Virus record (IMG/VR): IMGVR_UViG_3300020469_000046
Span: 1 to 63,900 of that record
Reading direction: 5' to 3' (one strand)
Source: a virus
Taxonomy: Duplodnaviria > Caudoviricetes
Length of the DNA stretch: 63,900 bases
Of the stretch, positions 26,501-36,500 are shown piece by piece. Every line of letters begins with the position of its first letter. Position 1 is the stretch's first letter. The notes beneath the pieces were generated by a model. That model was not told the DNA's origin. It saw only the letters and a list, made by a program, of their open reading frames with translations, and ran no database searches. The position numbers and the translations under genes are program-made.

Positions 26501-27824
26501 AATCATAGAAATTACTAATCCAGGAACTGGATATAAAGTAGGAGAAACATTGTCAGTTCCAGATGTTAGTTTTTCAACTACTCCAGGATTTGATTTAAGT
26601 GAAGAGGCTATTTTTATTGGAGATACAAAAAAATTTAGTGAAATGGGTCAAATAATTAGAGTTGATAGTGTGACTGATCCATTATTTGAAGATCGTATTA
26701 TAGAGCAAGAAATTATTCCTACAGATCCATCAACTGTAAATGAAAATAATACTGGAATTGGAATAACCTTTGGTGGAGGAAGTGACGTTGTATGTCCTCC
26801 AAACTTAATCATAGATACTTTTAATGATACCTGTAACAAAGAAATTAAAGATGAGCGTTCACTAGGTGTTACTCAAGTTATTGTTATTCAACCAGGAGTT
26901 GGTTATACTAATTTTCCTGATGGTTCTTTAGGAGGATCGGGAAGAGTCTGGGCAAATCCAGAAGATACAGTTGTACAAAGGATTGATGGACGATGGGATA
27001 TTCCATATCCACCAGATGTTCAACTCCCAGAAAATTTAACTTTATGTGATAAAATATATCCCCCAGGTGATCCACCACCTCCAGGTGATCCAGGTGATCC
27101 TGGAGAACCAGGTGATCCAATTATTCCTGATTCTCCTGGAGGTCCAGGCGATCCTGGTCCAGGAGATCCACCTGGACCATTTCCAGGAGATCCAGGTGGA
27201 GATGATCCTCCGCCAGGTGAACCAGGTGACCCTGGAGAACCAGTTGGTCCCATAATTCCACCTCCACCACCTCCAGTAGAGGAAGAGATTAATATAATAG
27301 GAATTCCAAATTATCCTACAATTGGAATTTCAACATATGATACAATTTTATATCTTTGTGATGTTTATATTGAAAATGGTGGAGTAAATTATTCACAGGG
27401 AGATACTATAGAAATAATTCCTGACTTTGGTGCTTCTGCAGAACCAATTATTTCAGATACAGGTGTTTTACTAGGAGTAACTATTTTAGATGGAGGGGAG
27501 GGATTTACTACAAGACCTATCTTGACATTAAAAAGTACTACAGGTTATAATGCAGTTATGGTTCCAGTATTCTGTATAGACAGAATTGGTGATGCACCAG
27601 AACCAGAACTACCTCCACCTATAGACATAGTATCAGTAATTGATTGTGTCGGAAAACCATTAACAGGACTTGGAAGAGAACCAAAAGTTGAATCTCCTCT
27701 AGTAGAAGACTCTCCTCCACAGACAAATAACGTGGAACAAAGTAACAGACAAGGTGGTATTCCAAAAGAAGTAATAGAAGTAATTGATTGTGTAGGAAAA
27801 CATCCATTAAAGGACAATACGTAA
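23574..27824 (+). CDS. gp5-like baseplate hub/spike protein with large insertions
   Basis: N-terminal OB-fold (W.G.IVD...RYKVRI...H...LP...V.G...QPIIIG), GSGY repeats, Pro/Gly-rich segment. Confidence 0.72.
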   Translation: MTDSNSLIWHGQIVDDLVWKDNENSKKWGNSDDVQGWHKRYKVRIFSEHPKSKEELPDNSLPLVDVVYPVTGGSGHAASFQTSNLRKGSYVIGVYVEDHQPIIIGTYGNSDQTPLLFSNPPEGYIPFSGLYDENVPWYSIPGEGQNGQGNVYGSPNEATGFLGTNWESVSDLNIRKRIHKESPLKSTHKCAQGSGAIGGMQLAILDMITEIEDIKKRTTSWYHGVQDWTDNDIKKAIEKASKDISRELKDIIEDIRQFITAKVNDITKALQSLVPPNERQKSQSAVETVLDLINCLFDKVVNALISMVVDMLLSIVDRFINAPLAAIETLGQTLIGNVFGYILGSIDKIMAPLEAIFGATGLISSVSGSVLSFLGEILGFLSCQNDSNCPEVTKWSMGGGNGTRTENFSSDINSILNKVQEIGNQVAALGDPDTFSFDLDFSGAVADSIAQHNVGPILCGPPTVEFFGGGGGSGAQGNAIVSTTGEILGIDMVSFGSGYTKAPIAKIVDSCGRGQGAILLPIIGSNQGGGFVNKEPVSISKDPNFEDNPSITLSGGDKEIITVTNTTFINTASTIKAHWELTAPRQVNLVVTGEGNAKIRIDMKVDDDPDDYGSSYRDAFIQGTGIDFNFGDGQEDDFDEDNFTPGTYKFKITELIMDLILEKSDKKIKLRDTDGQDTNASFEITQITQGSYLKETKVPETEVVTTPLEVRDNLTPFEPTKILEDYDYPRDDRGLTSGNPCAATTNLSVVSSYELYENYELITTRESGFYPKVNGEWAYHNYGGNANLWSGENDFIEKLVNLEGGSGYGLQVLVRLEALLGRGGNPNNTQYKIISIRNHGIGYQVGDILRFPNIDDRPTKNMGDVFKITGLKSIESFNGSESVETESVEVLAGGGMLSFSIYSNYEIVEPTGFYDRELGEPAYHVWGGRAEAWGELDDTIVLEVKPVGGSGKDMVLTMRFSAYPGLAGNPNNTMYAIIEITNPGTGYKVGETLSVPDVSFSTTPGFDLSEEAIFIGDTKKFSEMGQIIRVDSVTDPLFEDRIIEQEIIPTDPSTVNENNTGIGITFGGGSDVVCPPNLIIDTFNDTCNKEIKDERSLGVTQVIVIQPGVGYTNFPDGSLGGSGRVWANPEDTVVQRIDGRWDIPYPPDVQLPENLTLCDKIYPPGDPPPPGDPGDPGEPGDPIIPDSPGGPGDPGPGDPPGPFPGDPGGDDPPPGEPGDPGEPVGPIIPPPPPPVEEEINIIGIPNYPTIGISTYDTILYLCDVYIENGGVNYSQGDTIEIIPDFGASAEPIISDTGVLLGVTILDGGEGFTTRPILTLKSTTGYNAVMVPVFCIDRIGDAPEPELPPPIDIVSVIDCVGKPLTGLGREPKVESPLVEDSPPQTNNVEQSNRQGGIPKEVIEVIDCVGKHPLKDNT
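27058..27280 (+). repeat. PGDP/PGEP low-complexity coding repeat
   Basis: Repeated CCAGGTGAT/CCTGGAGAA units. Confidence 0.8.
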
Positions 27825-27825
27825 C

Positions 27826-28407
27826 ATGCAAAATTTTCACACTATAAGATATGGAAATAAGGATGGTGAATTAAAGTTTGGTCACGTTCATAGCGATCAA
27901 CAGATGTCATCATTTTTAATAAGAAGTGGTCATGATGATCGTCATTTTATGACTATGGATTGTACTGGAAGTAAACCTGAAGGTAGAAAAGGTGGAACTT
28001 TAAACTCTTGTCCAGGATCTTTTCAAATAAAATGTGGTGATGATGTTGATGATAATATTCCTGCCCTTTTTATTGAAGCAGTAAATGGAGATATTGTTTT
28101 AAAAGCTAGTCGCGGAAGAATCCGCATGGAAGCAGAAAATATTGACATGATTGCTTCTGGTTCTGGAGGTGGAATTGGAAATATACACATGACTGCTAAT
28201 GAAAATGTTGACATAAAATGTAAAAATTTTGATTTTACTGCACGTTCTTTAGGAAAAGTTATATCTAATGGGGCATTAAAAATTACAGGAGACACAGTAT
28301 TAAATATATACGGAAGTATAATTGATGCAGCATCAGCGGCATCAAAAATTAAAAAATCCAAGGCTGGTCCATGGACAACAGAAACTGAGAACAATTCTTT
28401 AATTTAA
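27826..28407 (+). CDS. gp5 C-terminal-like beta-helix spike protein
   Basis: IEAVNGDIVL.A..GRI...AENI repeats; follows the gp5-like gene. Confidence 0.55.
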   Translation: MQNFHTIRYGNKDGELKFGHVHSDQQMSSFLIRSGHDDRHFMTMDCTGSKPEGRKGGTLNSCPGSFQIKCGDDVDDNIPALFIEAVNGDIVLKASRGRIRMEAENIDMIASGSGGGIGNIHMTANENVDIKCKNFDFTARSLGKVISNGALKITGDTVLNIYGSIIDAASAASKIKKSKAGPWTTETENNSLI

Positions 28408-28413
28408 AAGGTT

Positions 28414-29211
28414 ATGACACTTAAAACTGATGACTTTTATGTAGGAAAACGTTTGTTTGTTGGTGAAGGATTTCCGATTGGATTAGGAATTGGTCCTGCT
28501 GAAGCAAGAGGTTCTGCATATTTTGAAGGACCTACAATTACTGGGGAACCATTAATGTTTCCGGTTCCTCAGGCAACTACAATGATTGGTCCAAACAGAA
28601 ATAGTGAGATAATTCCTCCTATAATTTTTGGAGCAATTTCTGGTTTTAATTTTTCACCATACTCATTATCGGTTGTGGGTGATGCATGTATTTTTGATAA
28701 TTTGACCGCTAATGGCATGATTAATGTAGGAACTCACGTTCTTGCACAAGGAGAAGTAATTTCAAGAACATTAGGAGGACAACACATCCTCTCAATGAAA
28801 AAGAATTTTGATATTCCTCATCCAAAAAAAGAAAATTGGAGACTGAGACATACTTGCCCAGAAGGACCTTCTAATGATGTATATCATAGAGGTAAAATAA
28901 ATAATAAAAATCACATAGATCTCCCTGATTATTGGGAGACTTTTGTTGATATAGACTCCATTACAGTAAATATAACTCCCATTGGAAGTTGTCAAACTAT
29001 TTTTGTAGAAAAGATAGAAGATAATAAAGTTTACTTAAATTCAAATTCTGAAGAACCAATTAGTTGTTACTATCATATCTTTGCAGAAAGAAGTGATGGT
29101 GAAAAACTAATCCCAGAATATGAAGGAGAAACTCCAAATGACTACCCAGGTAACAACGATGAGTATTCCGTTGTTGGTTGGGATTATGACAATAGTAGAG
29201 GTATAAAATGA
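28414..29211 (+). CDS. Virion structural protein with FDIPHP/LRHxCxEGP C-terminal domain
   Basis: KNFDIPHP...LRHTCPEGP...YHRG...LPDYW. Confidence 0.6.
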   Translation: MTLKTDDFYVGKRLFVGEGFPIGLGIGPAEARGSAYFEGPTITGEPLMFPVPQATTMIGPNRNSEIIPPIIFGAISGFNFSPYSLSVVGDACIFDNLTANGMINVGTHVLAQGEVISRTLGGQHILSMKKNFDIPHPKKENWRLRHTCPEGPSNDVYHRGKINNKNHIDLPDYWETFVDIDSITVNITPIGSCQTIFVEKIEDNKVYLNSNSEEPISCYYHIFAERSDGEKLIPEYEGETPNDYPGNNDEYSVVGWDYDNSRGIK

Positions 29212-29996
29212 CACAAGAATTTCCGGGTTATAATGAAGAAGAACTTCTAAAAATTCCTGTAGATCCAGTAACTGGAGAAAGAATAGATGTTGGTAAAACT
29301 CTTGAACCAAGAGAAATTGGAAGTAAAAATTGTGATGCTAAAGTAATTGGAGGACAACCACACTATAGATATGATTATGTGCCAAAACCACAAAATGATG
29401 ATAACGATATAGATGAGGAACTTAAGAAAATACTGAAGGATGAATGTACACCTTTTTATTACTATAATGTAAAATTTGGCAATGTCTCAACTGAACAAGA
29501 AGTGATATCAAATAATGGTATGCATCAACTGTCTAATAAAAAAAACTTACCATTTGATATGCCTCATCCTAATAAAAAAGGATGGAGACTAAGGCATGTT
29601 TGTATTGAAGGACCAGAGATTGCAGTATATTGTAGAGGAAAAGTTCCAGAAGATGGAATAATTAACCTACCAAGTTATTGGGAAGGATTAATTAATCCAG
29701 AGGATATGACAATTAATATTACACCAATGGGGCATTGGCAAGAGTTATTTGTCAAGGAAGTTAGATGGGGTAAACAAGTAGTTGTTAGAAACAATGCTGG
29801 TGGTTCCATCAATGCAAATTATCATATTGTTGCTCGTAGATTAGATGATGATCTTATCGTAGAATATGAAGGAGAAAATTATACAGATTATCCTGGAGGA
29901 AACGAAGGATATTCATTTAACTATGAACATAACTATGTTGAAGGTTTAATTAAGGACACTGTAGAAAAAACCATTAGAAGTATAAAGGAGAAGTGA
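29208..29996 (+). CDS. Paralogue of the previous gene (same C-terminal domain)
   Basis: PFDMPHP...LRHVCIEGPE...YCRG...LPSYW...EYEGE...DYPG.N. Confidence 0.6.
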   Translation: MTQEFPGYNEEELLKIPVDPVTGERIDVGKTLEPREIGSKNCDAKVIGGQPHYRYDYVPKPQNDDNDIDEELKKILKDECTPFYYYNVKFGNVSTEQEVISNNGMHQLSNKKNLPFDMPHPNKKGWRLRHVCIEGPEIAVYCRGKVPEDGIINLPSYWEGLINPEDMTINITPMGHWQELFVKEVRWGKQVVVRNNAGGSINANYHIVARRLDDDLIVEYEGENYTDYPGGNEGYSFNYEHNYVEGLIKDTVEKTIRSIKEK

Positions 29997-29997
29997 T

Positions 29998-30873
29998 ATG
30001 GGAGTTAATTTTCCATTTGCAGGACTACCTGAACAATTTACACATACTGGAATAGCAACTGTCTTCCAGGGAGATATCAATCGAAATCAAGCATTAACTG
30101 TTGAAAATGGTGCTAATATCATTGGAGTTCTAACTGCAACATCCTTTAAAGGTTCTGGTGCTTCTCTTACTACACTTAATGCATCCAGACTTTCTTCTGG
30201 AACTATACCAGGTGCTAGATTTCCTGCAACACTACCTACTGCTAGTGGTGCTAACTTAACCAACTTAGATGCATCGGATCTTGCTTCTGGAACTATTCCT
30301 GATGCTAGATTTCCAGCAGTACTTCCAGCAATCAGTGGTGCTAACTTAACTGACCTTCCAGGCGGCAGCGGTGGACAAGGAAATGGTGCTCAAGGAACAC
30401 AAGGTATTCAAGGAGCACGAGGGCCTACTGGAGGTCTTCAAGGAGCACAAGGACAAAGTATCCAGGGTATTCAAGGTATCCAGGGTATTCAAGGTATCAC
30501 GGGTATTCAAGGTATCCAGGGTCTCCAAGGTATCTTAGGTGTTCAAGGATCTAGTGGAGGTAGTGGTCTTCCTCAGAATAATAAAGAGGGTGATTCATCT
30601 CCATACACATTAGTTGCATCAGATTCTGGAAAACACATTGTAATTGATACTGATGGGATAAATCTTAATAATAATATTTTTACTACTGGTGAAACTGTTA
30701 CTATCTTTAACGACTCCGCAACTACACAGATGTTAAATGTTGCTAATGGTGTTACTGTAATAAGAGCTTCTCTTGGTGATACTGGTAATAGAGGATTGAA
30801 TCAATATTCTCTTGTAACTTTACTTTGTATCGGTTCTAATAAGTATGTAATTACTGGTGCAGGATTGACATAA
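29998..30873 (+). CDS. Short collagen-like fibre protein
   Basis: L.SGTIP.ARFPA.LP repeats, GIQ triplets, C-terminal YTL..SD.GK...YVITGAGLT domain. Confidence 0.75.
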   Translation: MGVNFPFAGLPEQFTHTGIATVFQGDINRNQALTVENGANIIGVLTATSFKGSGASLTTLNASRLSSGTIPGARFPATLPTASGANLTNLDASDLASGTIPDARFPAVLPAISGANLTDLPGGSGGQGNGAQGTQGIQGARGPTGGLQGAQGQSIQGIQGIQGIQGITGIQGIQGLQGILGVQGSSGGSGLPQNNKEGDSSPYTLVASDSGKHIVIDTDGINLNNNIFTTGETVTIFNDSATTQMLNVANGVTVIRASLGDTGNRGLNQYSLVTLLCIGSNKYVITGAGLT

Positions 30874-31889
30874 TGTCTATTTCTATTATTGCAGCGAATA
30901 CAAATAGTCAGGTTGCTATCGGATATAGTTTTGTTTCTCATTTAAATAGATTTGATCAACTTCTCCCACAAATATCATTAAATCTTCATCACTTTAGTGA
31001 AGGTTCTGCTGCTTCCAGACCTGTTGTATTTGTTATTCATGGAGGAGGTTGGTATCAAGGAGATAAAACTCGGTTTGATTCACATAAACCAAGATTTTTT
31101 AATTCCTTGGGTATGATATATGTAAGTATTAATTATAGATTAGCAAGACCACCTCTAACTAATAATTCTCCTTACAACAATAGTTATGATCCAAATAGAG
31201 TTAGATTTCCTATCCCTGTTCAGGATTGTGCATATGCTTTAAAGTGGGTTAGTGATAATATTTCAGATTATGGAGGAGATCCAAATAATATAACTTTACT
31301 TGGACACAGTTCAGGAGGACACCTTGCTTTGTTATTAGCAACAAATACTACTTATATTAATACAGCTGGAGTAAATATTAATTCAATTAAATCTTGTATA
31401 TCATTAGATACAGCATTTTATAATATTAAAGATATCGTAGATAATAAAAGTACTGCAGATTCAACAGAAGGAGGTAACTCCGCACTACTTTGCGAAAATG
31501 CTTTTGGAATTGAATATAAAGCGTCCAGAGTTATAAATGACTTCTCTAGTGTTGCAGAAGAAACTGCTGCATACAATGCGGGATCTCCAGATGAACATAT
31601 ATCATCTGGAATAGTACCTAGTTTTTTAATCTGCATTCAAGGTAGTGCTTCTAGAATCCAGAAAGCCCGCAACTTTGTAAGTTCTTTAGGTGCAGTTGGT
31701 ATAGGAACATCAATAGGCATATACTTAAGTACATATGATCACGAAGAGATGCAAAGTCATATAGGTAATCCTTTAACTATTCCAGTGGGCAATTCATTAC
31801 CTACTGCTGCAGAAATAGAACAAGGAGCTGCAGACGTAGACATAAGTACATTAATTTCTAGGTATCTAACTCAAATAGGTATTATATAA
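30873..31889 (+). CDS. Alpha/beta-hydrolase (HSL/BD-FAE-like esterase)
   Basis: HGGGW oxyanion motif, SINYRL, GGDPNNI.LLGHSSGG nucleophile elbow, C-terminal His (YDH). Confidence 0.88.
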   Translation: MSISIIAANTNSQVAIGYSFVSHLNRFDQLLPQISLNLHHFSEGSAASRPVVFVIHGGGWYQGDKTRFDSHKPRFFNSLGMIYVSINYRLARPPLTNNSPYNNSYDPNRVRFPIPVQDCAYALKWVSDNISDYGGDPNNITLLGHSSGGHLALLLATNTTYINTAGVNINSIKSCISLDTAFYNIKDIVDNKSTADSTEGGNSALLCENAFGIEYKASRVINDFSSVAEETAAYNAGSPDEHISSGIVPSFLICIQGSASRIQKARNFVSSLGAVGIGTSIGIYLSTYDHEEMQSHIGNPLTIPVGNSLPTAAEIEQGAADVDISTLISRYLTQIGII

Positions 31890-31900
31890 GCATATGCCAG

Positions 31901-31929
31901 TTGACAGGCGTTTGTTCGTGTGTTATGGT
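31901..31929 (+). promoter_or_regulatory. Sigma70-type promoter
   Basis: TTGACA-17 nt-TATGGT. Confidence 0.55.
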
Positions 31930-31953
31930 GTAGAGGTACTTCAACTTATCTAG

Positions 31954-32130
31954 ATGACAAACGAATATTTGACACGTTGTGTTGTGAATCCGATCAACCG
32001 ATCTGTCAACATCTATTCAAACGAAGGAAATCACAAAACTATCAATTGCGAAACAATAGATGAGTTTATTAACATTCTTGGTGTGATTCGCAACTTAGTT
32101 TCTGAAGACGAACTTGTATTTACAGACTAA
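31954..32130 (+). CDS. Conserved cyanophage small protein (not in ORF track)
   Basis: Own translation: MTNEYLTRCVVNPINRSVNIYSNEGNHKTINCETIDEFINILGVIRNLVSEDELVFTD*; TAATG-coupled to the next gene. Confidence 0.65.
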   Translation: MTNEYLTRCVVNPINRSVNIYSNEGNHKTINCETIDEFINILGVIRNLVSEDELVFTD

Positions 32131-32348
32131 TGTCATTCATCAAACACAATCTTTCCGAACTTGTAGAAAAAAGAGTGAAAACTAATCCAGAAAATGTTCA
32201 AGAAGCAAATCAAGGTTTGTTTCATGCAAAGATGACTCTACCTGCTGCAGCAAAACATTGTGGAATGACTGAAAAAGAAATGAAACTAACTTTTTGGGAG
32301 TTTCTAAAATATCATCCTATAGAATACGATCCAAATAATAAGGAATGA
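32130..32348 (+). CDS. Small HTH-like hypothetical protein
   Basis: MTLPAAAKHCGMT.KEMK resembles a helix-turn-helix. Confidence 0.6.
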   Translation: MSFIKHNLSELVEKRVKTNPENVQEANQGLFHAKMTLPAAAKHCGMTEKEMKLTFWEFLKYHPIEYDPNNKE

Positions 32349-32388
32349 TATAACTAGTCTATATAATAAAATTGCATTCTTATGAGTT

Positions 32389-32664
32389 ATGGAATATCAA
32401 TACGAAATTTCATGCCGATATTGTTGGTATAACAACAGATCACAACTAGTAAGAATGTATTTTATAGAAGGTACTCCATTCACATTTGATGATGTTCCTG
32501 ACGCATTTTATGATGATCAAGAAATTTTAGATTTAGCGGACTGTATGGATTCTTATGAAATAGAAGATATTTACAGATCATCAGACTATCTAATTGCAGA
32601 ACAGTGTCATCCCATTTTATTTGAATTAAGATTAAGAAATCCAGAACTATTACCTATTGACTGA
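32389..32664 (+). CDS. Conserved cyanophage hypothetical protein
   Basis: V.MYFI.G.PFTFDD...S.YL..E.CHP motif. Confidence 0.65.
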   Translation: MEYQYEISCRYCWYNNRSQLVRMYFIEGTPFTFDDVPDAFYDDQEILDLADCMDSYEIEDIYRSSDYLIAEQCHPILFELRLRNPELLPID

Positions 32665-32852
32665 TGAAAATTAACCTTTGGTATTCTAAAAGTATGCAAA
32701 ATTGGAGATGGACATTATCTGAAGAATTTAGAAATGGTGTAACTAAAATAGAACAACATTCTGGACAAAGGCCAATCTTAAGAGATGCTATGAATGATGT
32801 TGCTAACACCGTAGAACATATATTAGAAAACCATGACAAAGATAAGCATTAA
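32664..32852 (+). CDS. Conserved cyanophage hypothetical protein
   Basis: MKINLWYS..M..WRWTL...LRDAMNDVANTVE. Confidence 0.65.
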   Translation: MKINLWYSKSMQNWRWTLSEEFRNGVTKIEQHSGQRPILRDAMNDVANTVEHILENHDKDKH

Positions 32853-32858
32853 TGCTCA

Positions 32859-33458
32859 ATGAAGAGTGATTTTTATATAGATAAAGTCTATAAGGAAGAT
32901 GTGAAGGGTCTTCTTTATACTCATCATTACTTAAAAGATGAATCAAAAGACTTTAAATCTGGATATAACTATGGACTTTTCAGGCATACTGATTGGGAAT
33001 GCCCTCTTAGAATTGGCGGGTGTATTGGTGTTTGTATTTTTACTGGTCTCCCAGTTCCAGAAATTGCCGTAGGTGCATTTGGATTAGAAAGAGATCAACA
33101 AGAAGGTTTATTTGAACTTTCTCGTCTCTGTATTGATCCTAAAACACAGGAAGAAGAATATAATATTACATCATGGTTTGTAAGTAAGTGTATCAAGCAA
33201 TTCAGAAAAGACGTTAACGTTCGAGCTATCCTTAGTTATGCTGATAGTTCTCGTCATAGTGGAACTATATACCGTGCTTGTAATTTTAATTATTACGGGT
33301 TAACAGAACCAAAGAAAGATTTCTATTACTTAGATGGAACAAAGCATTCTAGAGGGTCTGTAAAAGGATTAGAAGGTGAGTGGAGAGAAAGATCTCGTAA
33401 ACATCGGTATTTAATGGTATTCGATAAAAGGTTAAATATTTTATGGAAACAAAGTTAA
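32859..33458 (+). CDS. mom: Mom-family DNA modification protein, copy 2
   Basis: HHYL, YGLF, GVCIF, FELSRL, ILSYAD...HSGTIYRACNF.Y.G, KHRY. Confidence 0.8.
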   Translation: MKSDFYIDKVYKEDVKGLLYTHHYLKDESKDFKSGYNYGLFRHTDWECPLRIGGCIGVCIFTGLPVPEIAVGAFGLERDQQEGLFELSRLCIDPKTQEEEYNITSWFVSKCIKQFRKDVNVRAILSYADSSRHSGTIYRACNFNYYGLTEPKKDFYYLDGTKHSRGSVKGLEGEWRERSRKHRYLMVFDKRLNILWKQS

Positions 33459-33506
33459 TTATTTTGTTAATAAATAAGATATAATAGAAATTATAGTAGT
33501 AATAAA

Positions 33507-36500
33507 ATGGGTCTCAGTCGTCTGGACAATTTTCTTAAGAATGTAAAAGGTGAAATAATTTACGTAGATTCTAACAATATTGATGCTACTGATGCGGTAG
33601 AGAATCAAGGAAATTCCCTTGCAAGACCGTTCAAAACTCTACAAAGAGCATTAATAGAAGCGGCTAGATTTTCTTATCAAGGTGGACTTGATAACGATAG
33701 ATTTAATAAAACAACTATTTTACTGTATCCAGGTGATCATTACATTGATAATAGACCTGGATGGATTCCAACGACTGAAGGTAACTTCCTATTAAGAGGT
33801 GGAGTTTCTTCCACCGACTTTAATCAATTTTCTGCAACAAGTAATTTTGATATTACAAATCCTAACAATGATTTATATAAACTCAATAGTGTTCATGGTG
33901 GAGTAATTGTACCAAGAGGTACTTCAATTGTTGGAATGGATCTTAGAAAGACTAAGATTCGTCCAAGATATGTACCCAATCCACTCAATGATAATATTGG
34001 AAGATCTGCACTATTAAGAGTTACTGGTGCTTGTTATTTCTGGCAACTCTCGATTTTAGATTCTAATACTAGTGATTTCTGCTATAAAGATTATACAACA
34101 AATAAATTTACTGGAAATTTCTCTCACCACAAACTAACATGTTTTGAATATGCTGATGGTGTGAACCCTGTTGTCATCAATGATGAATTTGTTTCATATT
34201 CAACAGATCGTACTGATCTGGATATGTATTATGAAAAAGTTGGTTTACTATTTGGTGTATCCAGCGGAAGAAATGTTTCTCCCGATTATCCAGATGCCAA
34301 TCTGGATATCCAACCCAGAGTAGAAGAATATAGAATTGTTGGTACTAGAAGTGGTGAAGTTGGTATTGCAAGTATTAGATCTGGAAATGGCACAATACCA
34401 TCTAGTTTAGTTACTGTAATTTTATCAGAACCTCTTGATGAAATTGATGTAGATAGTATTATCAGAATTGAAGGTATAAATTCTCCTGGTTATGATGGAG
34501 AGCATAGTGTTACCCGTGTCATTAATTCTTCAGAAATACAATACAAATTAGATTCTACTCCATTAGATGCAAATCCATCTACATCAGGTGCTACAACAAA
34601 CATTATTATTGACACTGTAGATTCAGCATCTCCATATATCTTTAACTGTTCTCTCAGATCTGTTTTTGGTTTGAATGGACTACATGCAGATGGATCCAAG
34701 GCAACTGGATTTAAATCCATGGTTACGGCTCAATTCACTGGAATTGGTCTGCAAAAAGATAATAATGCTTTCGTAAAGTATAATACAGTTAATGGTATCT
34801 ATCAAGATACTAATACTTTCGGAAATGAAAACATTCACACAGACTCTAGAGCAAGATTTAGACCTGACTGGGAAAACTTCCACATTAAATGTAGTAATGA
34901 TGGATACATTCAGTGTGTTTCTATCTTTGCTATTGGATTTGCAAAGCACTTTGTTGCAGAGTCTGGTGGTGATCAATCAATTAATAACTCTAACTCCAAC
35001 TTTGGTTCTCATGCATTTGTAGCATCAGGATTCAGAAGTGCAGCATTCCCTAAAGATGATGTTGGATATATTACTCATATAATTCCTCCCAAACAGGTAG
35101 ATACAAATGTCACTAGTTTAGAGTTCTATCCCATTGATATTAATGCTACTACAACAAGTGTAGCTAAAGTTCATTTTTATAATCAAAGTGATCCTAATAT
35201 TATACCTGAAGATACTTATCAAGGATATAGAATTGGTGCAAAAGATTTTGATCAAATAAAAGTAATTCAAGGAAATAGTACTTACTCGGCAACAATTGTT
35301 ATGCCGAATACTGAAACTACTACTAGAAGAACTTCAAAGAAAATAAGCACAGTAAGTAGAACTATTGCTGGCATTAGTAGTATTTCAAATAATATTGTAA
35401 CTTTCACCGAACCTCATGAATTTCTTGACGGTGAATCAATTAGAATTATCAGTGATAATGGAAATCTACCTGTAGGATTAGTAGAAGATGAGATATACTA
35501 TGCAATTACAACTGCCGATGATTTTACAGATTCTACGGTACAAATTAAAATTGCGAAGACTGTAAATGATGCCTTAAACAATAATGAAATCTTAATTAAT
35601 TCTGCTGGCGGAGTTCTTAGAGTTGAAAGTAGAGTATCTGACAAAAAACCAGGAGAACTTGGACATCCAATTCAATATGATTTTACAAAGTTACTATGGT
35701 ATATAACTGTATCTAATAATTCAACTCAGAATACGATAACTAGTGGATTAACTGGAAATGGAGCTACATCAAGATCTTATTTTGAAAGACTTACCGATAC
35801 TAGACCTGATGACGATAGAATTTATCGTTTGAGGTATGTAATTCCTTCGGATTCACCATCTTTAGGAAGACCTCCTCTTGAGGGATACGTCCTACAAGAA
35901 TCTAATTCTACTATTGGTAAAAATAATAGTGAAATTGTAAAACAATTTAGTATAACTGATTCTGCATTAAGTAACTCCACTGAATTAAGAAACTTTAGAA
36001 TCATTAATTCTGCTACTTGGGGAGCATCTGTAGGTGGAGGTGGAACAGCAACTGGTATTGCGACCTTTACTTCAGAATTACCTCACGATTTAATCTCGGG
36101 AACAGAAGTTGAAATTGTAAGTATTGCAAGTACAAATAATACTACAGCAACTACAAATCGTGGATTCAATGGTAGATTTGAAGTTACTGGTATATCAACT
36201 GTAGTAAATCAATTCAGTGTAGAAATTCCAAATGATCCTGGAGAATTTACTGGAACTGCATCTTTAAGAGTTACAAGTATTCCAAGATTTAAAAAAGTTT
36301 TTACAAAGGATAGTTTCATAATCTACAGAAGTGAAGAAGTTCAAGAGTATATCCAAGGACAACAAGATGGTGTTTACAATTTAATCGTATTAAACGCATC
36401 AAATTCTCCAGAAGTAGAACCATATGCATCACAAAAATTCTCACAACCAGTTAAAAATCTTTATCCACAATTAGATAGAGATAATTTAAAATCTGATCCT

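Noticed and set aside
27020-27253. Minus-strand GSPGSP collagen-like ORF
   Set aside because: Antisense shadow of the PGDP repeat in the gp5-like gene.
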